Shown: positions 44,110 to 54,490 of the stretch, piece after piece
Position numbering within the stretch: the stretch's first letter is position 1
How the letters are laid out: each line of letters opens with the position of its first letter
Assembly (NCBI GenBank): GCA_964035575.1
Contig: OZ037835.1
Location: 620,001 to 684,000, forward strand
Length of the DNA: 64,000 bases
Direction: 5' to 3'
DNA from: Rhynchopus sp. YZ270_cl-10
Lineage: Eukaryota
The notes under the pieces: generated by a model
What the model was told of the DNA's origin: nothing
What the model saw: the letters and a program-made list of their open reading frames with translations, nothing else
Databases searched by the model: none
Made by a program: the position numbers and the translations under genes

Positions 44110-45948
44110 TCAATGAGTAACGTCCTTCAAGCCTTTCCCACGTCCACGTGAGAGAATGGAATCGGACAACGTGTCGTAACACTCACCTGTTAAGGCTGCA
44201 TATTGACACTCTGTTCCCTCACGCAACGGTCGTGCCAAGGCCACACTCAGAAGACCTCCCTTGACTATCGAGGGATGCACGTTCAAAGGGCTCCGTTCAC
44301 AAGGACAGCCCTGTGCAGCCTCTTCAACCGCTGCTGCAGACACATCGCCCTTCAGGTACTTCCGTACTGTTGTGTTGTAGTTCTCCCACTCACTGTTCTT
44401 CCCGATCTGGTACATCCATTCTTCAGCAGGGTGGCCAGAAGCGGCGATGTTAAGCAGAAGCTCGGCAGCCACTTCAGGTGTGTCAGAGGTTGCAGACACT
44501 TCCACCTTGCACGGAATCAGGCGCATCTCGTGTTCGCACTCAGTTTCGGTAAAGCAAAGGCGGTTGCAGAGCACGTCGCAGCCAAGGATCAGTCCTGCAC
44601 GTTCCATCCCATGCACGTCACGCACAAGTGTGCCCACCATGCTGAAGCGGCGCATCACTTCACACCCCATTTCACCACGCAGCACCTTCCCAGTTGCAAC
44701 ACCAATGTTTACCTGCGACGGCTGCGACCCCCTGAACAGCATCGCTGCAGTGTGCAGTGCAGAGGAGGCGTGGTTTGCACACTGCCTTGACGTGTTGAAC
44801 GAGCAGTGCACCCTGTCACCGATGAACACGTCCACCATCCCACGCCGTGTTTCTATTGACTTTAACGTCTTCAGAAGAAGAGTTGTGAAGAAGGAGGAGA
44901 AGTATGCACTGTCCTGCTCCACCAGACGCAACGTGTCTTTGATGTTCACTGTCAGCAGAGTCGCCTTCACAGACGACAGCACAAAGGGAACGCAACGAAC
45001 GCTTTTTGCCAGAATGCTTCCACTTGAACAACGTGACGACAGTGAAGGCTCAGACACGTCTGCACTGCACTCCTCTTCATTGTGTTTTTCACCTTCATCC
45101 CCAAGCAAACACGTCTGTGGCAGGTACGCTTTGTACGACCGCAGGTTCTTCTCCAACGCACGCAGTGCCACCGTCATCCCCTGAGGCAGCTCATGTTCAT
45201 GCTCCTCCAGCAGCTCCGCCACCTTCTCCACGTCGTAGCCAGCCAGGAGCGAGGCAATCTCTTGCACAGCGTTGATCGTCCGCTCCATTGCTGCCTGCTC
45301 TTTCAGCACCTCGCTTGCGAAGCCACGCGTCACGATGAAGTCCAACGCAAAGACAGCTGTTGCAGTAAACAGGCGGTTCGAAGGGAACGGTATTGGGCAG
45401 GGTGGCGTCTCGCAGACAAACTTCTCTTCCAAGTAATACAGCCGTCCGTACTTACCCTCTTGTGGCGCCAACCAGGGCAGGTCGAACAGACCAAACCTGA
45501 AGCTCTCCTCAACACTCAGCACCACCAACCATACGATCACAAAACAGACAAGACCTTGACTGTACACCTTGGGCACCTGCATCACAAGCAGCATGTCAAT
45601 GATGAGCACAAGGAGAGGCCACTGCTCTATTGAGATAGTTCGTCCATTCAAATCCCACATCAGCATTCCACATGTGATCGTGTACAGCGTGCCCACCACC
45701 ACCCTTGTTGTCAACGGAACCCTGCACAGCACTGCACAGATCGCAATACTGAGCCCAAGCAGCGCCACCAGTGTTCCCACAAAGAAGACGGGGTTTCTTC
45801 TCTGCTCTTCCAACGTCAAGACCATAGTGACAACCACAGTCCACCAACCCACACAGGCAAAGATGAAGTACTGTGTGCGCAGCTCCTTCCTTTTGGTGCT
45901 CAGTGTCCCGTCCAAGGAGAGCACGCCATTGAGACACTGCATCCCCAT
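44110..45948 (-). CDS. Multi-pass membrane pseudo-cyclase, paralog 2 (612 aa)
   Basis: Tandem near-identical paralog of 41654-43522. Confidence 0.88.
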   Translation of the reverse strand: MGMQCLNGVLSLDGTLSTKRKELRTQYFIFACVGWWTVVVTMVLTLEEQRRNPVFFVGTLVALLGLSIAICAVLCRVPLTTRVVVGTLYTITCGMLMWDLNGRTISIEQWPLLVLIIDMLLVMQVPKVYSQGLVCFVIVWLVVLSVEESFRFGLFDLPWLAPQEGKYGRLYYLEEKFVCETPPCPIPFPSNRLFTATAVFALDFIVTRGFASEVLKEQAAMERTINAVQEIASLLAGYDVEKVAELLEEHEHELPQGMTVALRALEKNLRSYKAYLPQTCLLGDEGEKHNEEECSADVSEPSLSSRCSSGSILAKSVRCVPFVLSSVKATLLTVNIKDTLRLVEQDSAYFSSFFTTLLLKTLKSIETRRGMVDVFIGDRVHCSFNTSRQCANHASSALHTAAMLFRGSQPSQVNIGVATGKVLRGEMGCEVMRRFSMVGTLVRDVHGMERAGLILGCDVLCNRLCFTETECEHEMRLIPCKVEVSATSDTPEVAAELLLNIAASGHPAEEWMYQIGKNSEWENYNTTVRKYLKGDVSAAAVEEAAQGCPCERSPLNVHPSIVKGGLLSVALARPLREGTECQYAALTGECYDTLSDSILSRGRGKGLKDVTH

Positions 45949-46239
45949 CTCCCCTCCCGTCAGGTCCCTGTATTCTTGGAGGTGTTGTGTATACGATACG
46001 TGGGTCGCGTCCTACGAAGGAAAGGGGTGCAGGGGTTTGCGGGGATGAGGTAATCCTTTTATTTCTGGATACCATTTTCTCTAACTCTAAACACAAATAT
46101 AGGTGACATGCTTCTCTTGCACGTCTCTTCTCTTCCATTTAACACACAGTTAACGACGATGAAAGGCAAAACAAATAAATAATTGCAACAAACCCACACA
46201 CAACGACTCTAGTTATCCCCGAAAATGACCTCGCCCCTC

Positions 46240-46525
46240 TTGAGGCTTTCGTCCTCTTCCTCCCCCACCCTAAAGTCTTCCTCCGACACCGTTGTAATGG
46301 ATGGGAGTGAGTGCAGCTCTGCTGTCGACGGGACGGAGAACCCTGTATACGCAAACGGTGCCTGGAAGGCGGCAGCACGACGGCGCTCGGCAATGAGACG
46401 CTGTTGCAGCTCTAGTTCCGTCTCTGCGATCACAGAAGTGTCCAATAGCCGAGGCAAGCGTTTGCGGGTTGGAAGCAAAGAGGGCAAGTATGTCCGCAAG
46501 CCTGCCTGGGTCTTCCTGAAAGACC
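46240..46525 (-). pseudogene. Truncated, internally deleted copy of the 51491-52195 gene
   Basis: VFQEDPGRLADILALFASNPQTLASAI is joined, across a short unrelated linker, to AETELELQQRLIAERRRAAAF...; no 5' half. Confidence 0.8.
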
Positions 46526-47027
46526 TTTCTCTTTCGCAAACAATAAAGCAATGAAGACGGGGGAATAAAGTCACAAAAATTTCCAAAGTGGCCCTGATCG
46601 TAACAAAGTAGACCACAACGGCGCCGTCCCTTCACCTTCAGTAAGCAGACCCAGTGAACAACTCAGACACCCGAATGAGCCCGTGTCTCAATGAGCTGTG
46701 GAGGTGTTGTGTATATGATACATGGCTCGCGCCCTATGAAGGAGAGTGGTGCAGGGGTTTGCGGGGATAAGATACTCATTTTATTTCTGCCATTCACTCT
46801 AACTCTAAATACAAACATTTTATTTCCCAACCCAACAATAACGATAAAGAGCGAAGACAATAGATAAAAGCAAAGAAGTAACTTTAGGTTTTGTGAGGCA
46901 CCCAAACGAGTGTGCCGGCTCTGTGGCGTCACGGAGCCACCAACACTCCCCAGTCATTTTCCCCTGCGCATCCAGGAAAACTCGCAGTATGGCGACCAAG
47001 AAAAGCTCCTGCGTCGGTGTTCTTTTT

Positions 47028-47145
47028 GAAAAAAAATCTTAACGTACACTCTCTGTTGATTCTAAAACGGGGGAGGTAAAAAAGCGCGAAAGGTAAATTG
47101 GGGAAGAGGTTGAAAAGTTGAAACGCTTCCTCACCCCCAGATCAC
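47028..47145 (-). repeat. Solo copy of repeat A of the split-repeat element
   Basis: Near-identical to 17985-18099. Confidence 0.85.
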
Positions 47146-47830
47146 TTTGTTACTGCTTTTAAAAGACGATCGTGTGAGGATAGAATACTTGCATAGTACT
47201 GTACATTGCCAGAAGGTCAATGTACTGAAAAAAGGAGGCTTACTAGTGACGTCCGTGCTTTTACCCCAAAAAGCACCCAAAGGTGCTACGAAATAATGGG
47301 GGATTTTAGAGTACCGTTATCGGAAAAATTATCGACCGCAATAAAGTTCGTTTTCCTTTTCAGGATTTGGAAGTTCAACCTTTTTTTACGGTCGAACACT
47401 ATTCAGATTACGGTAATGAGTAAAGGGGGGAATCCAGCACACTTTCGCCAGCCTAATATTGTAGAACCCATGCCACCTTACTGGAAAGGGGGTGGCAATG
47501 TGGAAACGCATAACACCCTGCTCTGCCTTTTCCTTTATATCTTTATATTCTTTTGTGATTATTTTTGTAGTATACTTTGGGTGTTTCGAGCCACACCAAT
47601 TATGGTCCTCCGGTTCAGTAGTGTTCGTCTTTGCGGGTGGATAATCTCAGTATGTCACCTTTTACTGAAGGAGGGAGTGGGTACGGGTATGTACGCATGC
47701 ACCGTTGACGGCACCCAACGTTACGCCGGCCCATTCACCTGTGAAGACATGTGTACATACAACGAAGATGAAGTGCAGCAGCTGCAATGACAGTGCCTCA
47801 CTCAAATTCCCTCCCCCACCCCAAAGCCTT

Positions 47831-49600
47831 CTACTCACAGTTGTCCTTTCCCACAGCAGTTGTGTATGACAAGGCCACACTCAGAAGCCCGCCCTTGACT
47901 GTCGAGGGATGCACGTTCAAAGGGTTCCGTTCACAAGGACAGCCCTGTGCAGCCTCTTCAACCGCTGCTGCAGACGCATCGCCCTTCAGGTACTTCCGTA
48001 CTGTTGTGTTGTAGTTCTCCCACTCACTGCTCTTCCCGATCTGGTACATCCATTCTTCAGCAGGGTGGCCAGAAGCGGCGATGTTAAGCAGAAGCTCGGC
48101 AGCCACTTCAGGTGTGTCAGAGGTTGCAGACACTTCCACCCTGCACGGAATCAGGCGCATCTCGTGTTCGCACTCAGCGTCGCTGAAGCACATACGGTTG
48201 CAGAGCACGTCGCAGCCAAGGATCAGTCCTGCACGTTCCATCCCATGCACGTCACGCACGAGTGTGCCCACCATGCTGAAGCGGCGCATCACTTCACACC
48301 CCATGTCACCACGCAGCACCTTCCCGGTTGCAACACCGATGTTGATGTGGGGTGCGGCATTGCTTGCTTTGCCCATCAGTGTGGATGCAGAGTGCAGTGC
48401 TGAGGTGGCGTGGTTTGCACACTGCCTTGACGTGTTGAACGAGCAGTGCACCCTGTCACCCACGAACACGTCCACCATCCCACGGTATGACTCTGTTGCC
48501 TTCAACGTCTTCAGAAGAAGAGTTGTGAAGAGCTGCGAGAAGCCGGCCACATCCTCTTCCAGGAAGCACAGGGTGTCTTTGATGTTCACCATCAGCAGCG
48601 TTGCCTTCACCGAGGCCAGACCCAGAGCCGGTGCCTTTGCTAGGATATTGGGCATTGTCGACGTCGATCCACTCATCTGCATCGAATGTGCACTCCTTTC
48701 CTTCGACGACACAGAGACACTCTCAGCCTCCTCCGCCTCAACCAGCTCCTCAAACGGCAGACACGTCTGTGGCAGGTACGCTTTGTACGACCGCAGGTTC
48801 TTCTCCAACGCACGCAGTGCCACCGTCATCCCCTGAGGCAGCTCATGTTCATGCTCCTCCAGCAGCTCCGCCACCTGCTCCACGTCGTAGCCAGCCAGGA
48901 GCGAGGCAATCTCCTGCACAGCGTTGATCGTCCGCTCCATTGCTGCCTGCTCCTTCAGCACCTCGCTTGCGAAGCCACGCGTCATGATGAAGTCCAGAGC
49001 AAAGACAGCTGTTGCAGTAAACAGGCGGTCCGAAGGAAACGGTATTGGGCAGGGTGGCGTCTCGCAGGCAAACTTCAGCTCCAAATAATACAGCCGTCCG
49101 TACTTACCCTCCTGCGGGGACAACCAGGGCAGGTCGAACAGACCAAACCTGAAGCTCTCCTCAACACTCAGCACCACCAACCACGTGATGACAAAACAGA
49201 CAAGACCCAGACTGTACACCTTGGGCACCTGCATCACAAGCAGCATGTCGATGATGAGCACAAGGAGAGGCCATTGCTCTGACGAGACAGCTCGTGCATT
49301 CAAATCCCACAAAAGTAACCCAAATGTCGCCACGTACAGCGTGCCCACCACTATCCTTGTTGTCAACGGAACCCTGCACAGCACTGCACAGATCGCAATA
49401 CTGAGCCCAAGCAGCACCACCAGCGTTCCCGCAAAGAAGACGGGGTTTCTTAGCTGCGCTTCCAGCGTCATCACCAGAGTAACAACCATAGTCCACCAAC
49501 CCGCACAGGCAAAGATGAAGAACTGTGTGCGCAGCTCCTTCCTTTTGGTGCTCAGTGTCCCGTCCAAGGAGAGCACGCCGTTGAGACACTGCATCCCCAT
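47831..49600 (-). CDS. Multi-pass membrane pseudo-cyclase, paralog 3 (589 aa)
   Basis: Paralog of the two above, with a divergent central segment and a different C-terminus. Confidence 0.88.
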   Translation of the reverse strand: MGMQCLNGVLSLDGTLSTKRKELRTQFFIFACAGWWTMVVTLVMTLEAQLRNPVFFAGTLVVLLGLSIAICAVLCRVPLTTRIVVGTLYVATFGLLLWDLNARAVSSEQWPLLVLIIDMLLVMQVPKVYSLGLVCFVITWLVVLSVEESFRFGLFDLPWLSPQEGKYGRLYYLELKFACETPPCPIPFPSDRLFTATAVFALDFIMTRGFASEVLKEQAAMERTINAVQEIASLLAGYDVEQVAELLEEHEHELPQGMTVALRALEKNLRSYKAYLPQTCLPFEELVEAEEAESVSVSSKERSAHSMQMSGSTSTMPNILAKAPALGLASVKATLLMVNIKDTLCFLEEDVAGFSQLFTTLLLKTLKATESYRGMVDVFVGDRVHCSFNTSRQCANHATSALHSASTLMGKASNAAPHINIGVATGKVLRGDMGCEVMRRFSMVGTLVRDVHGMERAGLILGCDVLCNRMCFSDAECEHEMRLIPCRVEVSATSDTPEVAAELLLNIAASGHPAEEWMYQIGKSSEWENYNTTVRKYLKGDASAAAVEEAAQGCPCERNPLNVHPSTVKGGLLSVALSYTTAVGKDNCE

Positions 49601-49812
49601 CTCCCCTCCCGTCAGGTATCTATCTGTGTTGGAGGAGTGGTTTGTAAGAAATGATACGTGGCTCGCGCCCTATGAAGGCAAGGGGTGCAGGGGGTTTGCG
49701 GGGATAAGACGGCGGGGTTCTTTTATTTCTACCATTCACTCTAACTCTACAAACATGGGTGACACGCTTCTCTTGCACGTCTCTTCTCTTCCTTTTAACA
49801 CACAGTAACGAC

Positions 49813-50506
49813 CAGGGCCTTCAACGTGTCGAAGTTAAGCCTTAACTTCGACAACTTTTTTTTTTTGGTTTTTTTTTTTTGTCGAAGTTCGACAAATCTA
49901 AAAAAAAAATATGGGATTTTGGCAAAATCCTTTTATCTCTGACCGAGTTGCAGGGTAGTCCACGGGAGAAACTCGGTTCAGGGTTTTAACTTTAACATTC
50001 TCCTGTGATCCACTGTGACCATTTGGACAGAGCTCGTAGAACCCAACGAGGAGTGAGCCAGGCAAAAGTAGCGTACCGTGCGCCTGCGGCGCAAGCAGGC
50101 ATCCCACCCTTCCCATGACATAGTTTGGCTGTAAATAAATCGCTATGGTATGCGCAATATTTGAAATGTTGCGTACCGTGGTTTCGCCAGGGACCTTTGT
50201 TGTTATAAATGTACTGAGCTCACTGATAAGACAGCTGTGATACCCACTACGGCTTGTGGATCACCAGTGGCTACAAAGCTACCAATGCTGCTTGTGTTGA
50301 AATACACGTGTGTGGGACAGGCGGAGTTTTTTGGCTGACCGAGTTTTCAAAAATGACCAAAACCTGTATAAACCCCTGAGAGCTTCTCCCTGTGATTTGC
50401 TGCACCTGCGCGCGCGAAGCGCGCGCGGGCTCGGGGAGGTCAATTTTTTTTTTTTTTAAACTTCGACAAAACTGTGGACAGACTTTGTCGATGGTTGAAG
50501 GCCCTG
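49813..50506. mobile_element. hAT-like non-autonomous element
   Basis: TIR CAGGGCCTTCAAC/GTTGAAGGCCCTG; 8-bp TSD GTAACGAC; empty paralogous site CACAGTTAACGACGATGAAA at about 46145-46164. Confidence 0.92.
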
Positions 50507-50534
50507 GTAACGACGATGAAAAACAAAAACAATA

Positions 50535-51257
50535 GCTATTTATTCGTCTGAGGAAATATTCACTTTTCCTCACACGAGTGTACCTTTCAGAAACGAGTGG
50601 CATTTTACCCCACGAGCGAAGCGAGTGGGGTAATAGACTTTATCTCACGAGCGAAGCGAGTGGGATAAAGTCAGCCACGAGTTTCTGAAAGGGCACGAGT
50701 GGAGGGAAAGTGAATATTTCACCAGAATATAATAGTTTTCTCAACTGAAGGAAAAGTAGCTCTAAGCAAACCCCGTGGAAGAAGTGTGGGGTGAATATGC
50801 AGAAAAAAAAGACGATTTTTTGGTGGTAATATTTTTCACAGAAAATCGAATTTCACTATTAAGATTGGCTCTGCTCGACACCCAGTAAGGCTACTATGGG
50901 CCCCATGGGCCGAATACCAGGCCGTATTTTCAAAATATTGATAATCCCAGAATATGGTATAGCCCTGTGGTACCAAATTTTTGGCCGAAAAAATGGACCA
51001 AAAAATGGTCATGTTGGTCACGGTGACAAAATGTGAAGCAGAGATATCAAAATGACCCACTCTCCCACCCAATTTTTTTTCGACCCCCCCTCTACTTTTC
51101 CTCACACCAAAAAAAGCCTCACACATAGGCTTTTTTCTACACAAACCCCAGCCAATAATTATTGCTACTTTTCCAAATTGAGTGAGGAAAAGTGAATTTA
51201 TCCTCACACTTCTTCCACGGGGTTTGCTCAGAGCTACTTTTCCTCAGTTGAGAAAAA
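50535..51257. mobile_element. Element made of two adjacent inverted-repeat pairs (possibly Crypton-like non-autonomous)
   Basis: IR pair 1 at about 50553-50601/50673-50720 encloses two CACGAGCGAAGCGAGTG hairpins; IR pair 2 at 50736-50790/51202-51256; no TSD seen. Confidence 0.55.
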
Positions 51258-51490
51258 TAAACAATTGCAACAAACTCAGTTACCTTGTTAACGTAAACCC
51301 CCTAACCACTTCAAGCAAGGAGTGCACACATCTCGAGATAAAACTATACGAGCTTATGAATCAATTACAGTAATCTACAGGAACTCTGTATCCCTATCTC
51401 CTAGCCCCCCTCTCCCTCCCCCTTTTTAAGGAACGCTCCTTTCTCCACCTCTTCTTCTCGCTAATATGAGGCTTTCGTCCTCTTCCTCCC

Positions 51491-52195
51491 CTAAAAGTCT
51501 TCCTCCGACACCGTTGTAATGGATGGGAGTGAGTGCAGCTCTGCTGTCGACGGGACGGAGAACCCTGTATACGCAAACGGTGCCTGGAAGGCGGCAGCAC
51601 GGCGGCGCTCGGCAATGAGACGCTGCTGCAGCTCTAGGTCCGTCTCTGCAAGGCTGCTCCCTCCGACCACTTCGCCCTTGGGTGCACTGTGCACACCCCC
51701 ACGCCCCACCCCAGCCCGGACGTCCCCTGCTGCACTCCTCGCAGCAACACGCTTCGTGACAACCTCCTCCCGCCCGTAAGGGTACATTGCAGTAAGCATA
51801 GGCGGTGCGGAGCCCCAAAAGGATTGTACACTGCGGAGGATGTCGGGTGTGAGGTGGCGTGCTGCCTCGGTGATCTGCGCGGTGTTTGCACAGTCAATCG
51901 CGGAGGCAAGCGTTTGCGGGTTGGAAGCAAAGAGGGCAAGTATGTCCGCAAGCCTGCCTGGGTCTTCCTGAAAGACCTGCATAGCCTCTGCAATCGCAGC
52001 AGTGTCCACTGCGAGGCAGTCCCCCGCAGGTACCGCAACAAGCTCGGCCACATCGACGGCCCGCATCTGTGCCACCACCTCTGCGCGTCGTGGCTGCACC
52101 TCCCCGACGGCAAGCTGTGTTTTCCTGTATCCTCCTAACAGAGGCACATCACCTTCAGAGTTGAACCCACCTGAGGTAGACCGTGCAGTGGTCAT
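51491..52195 (-). CDS. Hypothetical protein (about 234 aa from MTTARST...)
   Basis: GC-rich open frame with codon usage like neighbouring genes; pyrimidine-rich tract upstream on the minus strand; partial duplicate at 46240-46525. The ORF-track extension to 52480 is AT-rich and probably non-coding. Confidence 0.65.
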   Translation of the reverse strand: MTTARSTSGGFNSEGDVPLLGGYRKTQLAVGEVQPRRAEVVAQMRAVDVAELVAVPAGDCLAVDTAAIAEAMQVFQEDPGRLADILALFASNPQTLASAIDCANTAQITEAARHLTPDILRSVQSFWGSAPPMLTAMYPYGREEVVTKRVAARSAAGDVRAGVGRGGVHSAPKGEVVGGSSLAETDLELQQRLIAERRRAAAFQAPFAYTGFSVPSTAELHSLPSITTVSEEDF

Positions 52196-52515
52196 ATGGG
52201 GGGAGGGGGGGAGGGAAACACTGTATGTGAAGTTTCTTCGTATAATTGGTGGAGAGGTCAGGTGGTGAGGGAGGGGGAAGGGAAGGGAAGGTTTTAAAAA
52301 GGCATGTTTTTTATTATATTGTCGTTTCGTATTCTGTGGGTTATTCAGCAACTCTGACTTCAAGTCTGTGGGGGGTTGTTTAGAGGTTTCTAAGTCAGTA
52401 GGATACACAACGTATTTTCTGTTTTTCGGTCGGGGGGTGGTTTTGTGCGACATGAAAGCGTAAAAAGCGCCATTTTTCAATTTGATTCGCAGACCGATTT
52501 CTCAGGGACAAAGTT

Positions 52516-52821
52516 GCAAAATGCTCGAGAGACTCGTTCCTCTTTGCTTGTTGCTCAAAAGACTATACACGGGGAGGGGGGAAAATAAAGGTTGTGTGTT
52601 GTTCGCTTCCACACCACTTCTGTACTTCTGATTCAGATTCAAGTCTATTGGCTGTCCTTACAAGCACCTGCCAAAACGCTCGCCTGGGTGTGAAATTTTC
52701 TCTCTCTCTCTCTTTTCTCTCTTCGACTTGAGAACGGTAAACATGCAAATTTTCGGAAAAAATATGCGGGAAGGTGGATACGCAGACGCACGGCTTTTCA
52801 CGAGGGTCTCGAGCATTTTGC
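52516..52821. mobile_element. About 300-bp inverted-repeat element of a dispersed family
   Basis: GCAAAATGCTCGAGA..CTCG / CGAGGGTCTCGAGCATTTTGC; left-end motif CTCTTTGCTTGTTGCT.AAAAGACTAT also at about 24873, 37905 and 53146; right-end motif also at about 10005-10075. Confidence 0.6.
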
Positions 52822-53572
52822 CTAATACGATGTGTTAACTAAAATAGAATCTTCACTGCACTTCAGGACATGACGATGTGAATAAAATGAAATACCCCCC
52901 CTTCTTTATTTATTCGTTGTTTGTTGTTTGTTGATCGCATCCATCCCCAGTTTTTTTCAAACCCCAAAAGTCCCGAAAACCCCGAAAAACCCGCGTCCTG
53001 AAGTACGGTGGAGAGGTGGAGCACAAGGGGGGAAGGGGAAAACGGTAAAACTCATGGCAATCGACGAGCGCGCCTTTCATTTCCAGACGTATTGCATACT
53101 CGTACAAAAGAAACAAAGAGGGAAGATGCTCGAGACCCTCATTCCTCTTTGCTTGTTGCCTAAAAGACTATAAACGGGGAGGGGGAAAAAAACAAAGTCT
53201 ATTTGTTGTTCGCTCTGCAAAATTTCGTCCATAATGACATTTGTTGCATTTTCTATTCAAAACTTCACACACAACGCTTTTTGGTTTTTTGGGAGACACA
53301 CAAGGTGCCAAGGTTCTATGATATGCACGGAACCACCCTGCACCTGTTTGTCATGTTGTTTCCCGTGCAATACATGGAGAAACGTTTCGCACTCGAAACT
53401 AGGAATGCATGCGAACATGAGTTGTGCGAGGTGGTTGTTGTGGCACTTGAAGGTCAACCAATTTTACAACCCCTTCCTCACTCGACTCTTTCCTCTCTTG
53501 CCAAATGCACATAACAAAACCCCCCCTCCCATCCCTTTTACGGGGTTCATTTCTCTCTTGAGGCACACAGCC

Positions 53573-54490
53573 TCAGAGACATACACATTGACACCTGACA
53601 TCGTCCTTTTTGAAGATGTTTTCCGACAAAACGGCGCTCGATCCGTCTACGTTGATGCTGATTGCACGGAGCTTGCATTTTTTGAAGCACCCTCTTCCGG
53701 TTGCCTCCACACTCGCCCACCCAGAGAGGTCGACTTCTGTCAACGCTGTGCATCCCCACAGGAAGCCGTATTCAATGTCTGTGACATTGCTCCACCCAGC
53801 CAGATGCAGTGTGGTCAATGAGGAGCACAAGGCGAGAAAGTAATCCTTAATGGACACAACACTGTGCCACCCAGACATATCTAGTGTAGTGAGCGCACGG
53901 CAGTTGTTGAGGAAGGAGTGTCCGATCTCTCTGACGCTGCTCCAGCCAGACAAATCCAGTGCGGTCAATACACGGCAGCCGCAGATGAAGCTGCTCTGGA
54001 TAACAGACACGCTGGTCCACCCAGACAAGTTTGATGCTCTCAGTGCAGTGCAGTCGTAGAGGAAGCCCTCGCAGATTGTTGTAACAACTGGGACAGTGTT
54101 GAGATCAAGTTCCTCCAACGTGGACTCTCTCAAGAAGTCAAATGGGATCTTAGTAACGACTTCTGCCTGCAGAAACAAATGAACCAGCTTGGGATCTTCC
54201 AGACCTTTGAACCGTTCTGCTGTCAGAGTTGTCTCGCCCAATGCACGAAGAGCTGCAATGGCACCGTCCTTCTGCGACAGCGTCTTCGTCAGAACAACTG
54301 TGTCCCCAGCACTCAGCTGCGTCGTGTTGTCTCCTTCGACCATCACCTTCCCTCCGAAGCTAATGTCAAATCCGTCTTCGCGCAACTCTGCTGCAGACGC
54401 CACCTTCCGCCGTATGTCCGCAGTTGTATCATCCACACCCACCTCGACTGTGTACTTCTCTCCGTCAAAGCTCTCCACACATATTTCCAT
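53573..54490 (-). CDS. Ubiquitin-like domain + BspA/TpLRR-type LRR protein with a CaaX-like end (305 aa)
   Basis: Paralog of 34271-35641: Ubl N-terminus, 25-aa repeats (LTALDLSGWSSVREIGHSFLNNC), ends CQCVCL. Confidence 0.9.
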   Translation of the reverse strand: MEICVESFDGEKYTVEVGVDDTTADIRRKVASAAELREDGFDISFGGKVMVEGDNTTQLSAGDTVVLTKTLSQKDGAIAALRALGETTLTAERFKGLEDPKLVHLFLQAEVVTKIPFDFLRESTLEELDLNTVPVVTTICEGFLYDCTALRASNLSGWTSVSVIQSSFICGCRVLTALDLSGWSSVREIGHSFLNNCRALTTLDMSGWHSVVSIKDYFLALCSSLTTLHLAGWSNVTDIEYGFLWGCTALTEVDLSGWASVEATGRGCFKKCKLRAISINVDGSSAVLSENIFKKDDVRCQCVCL

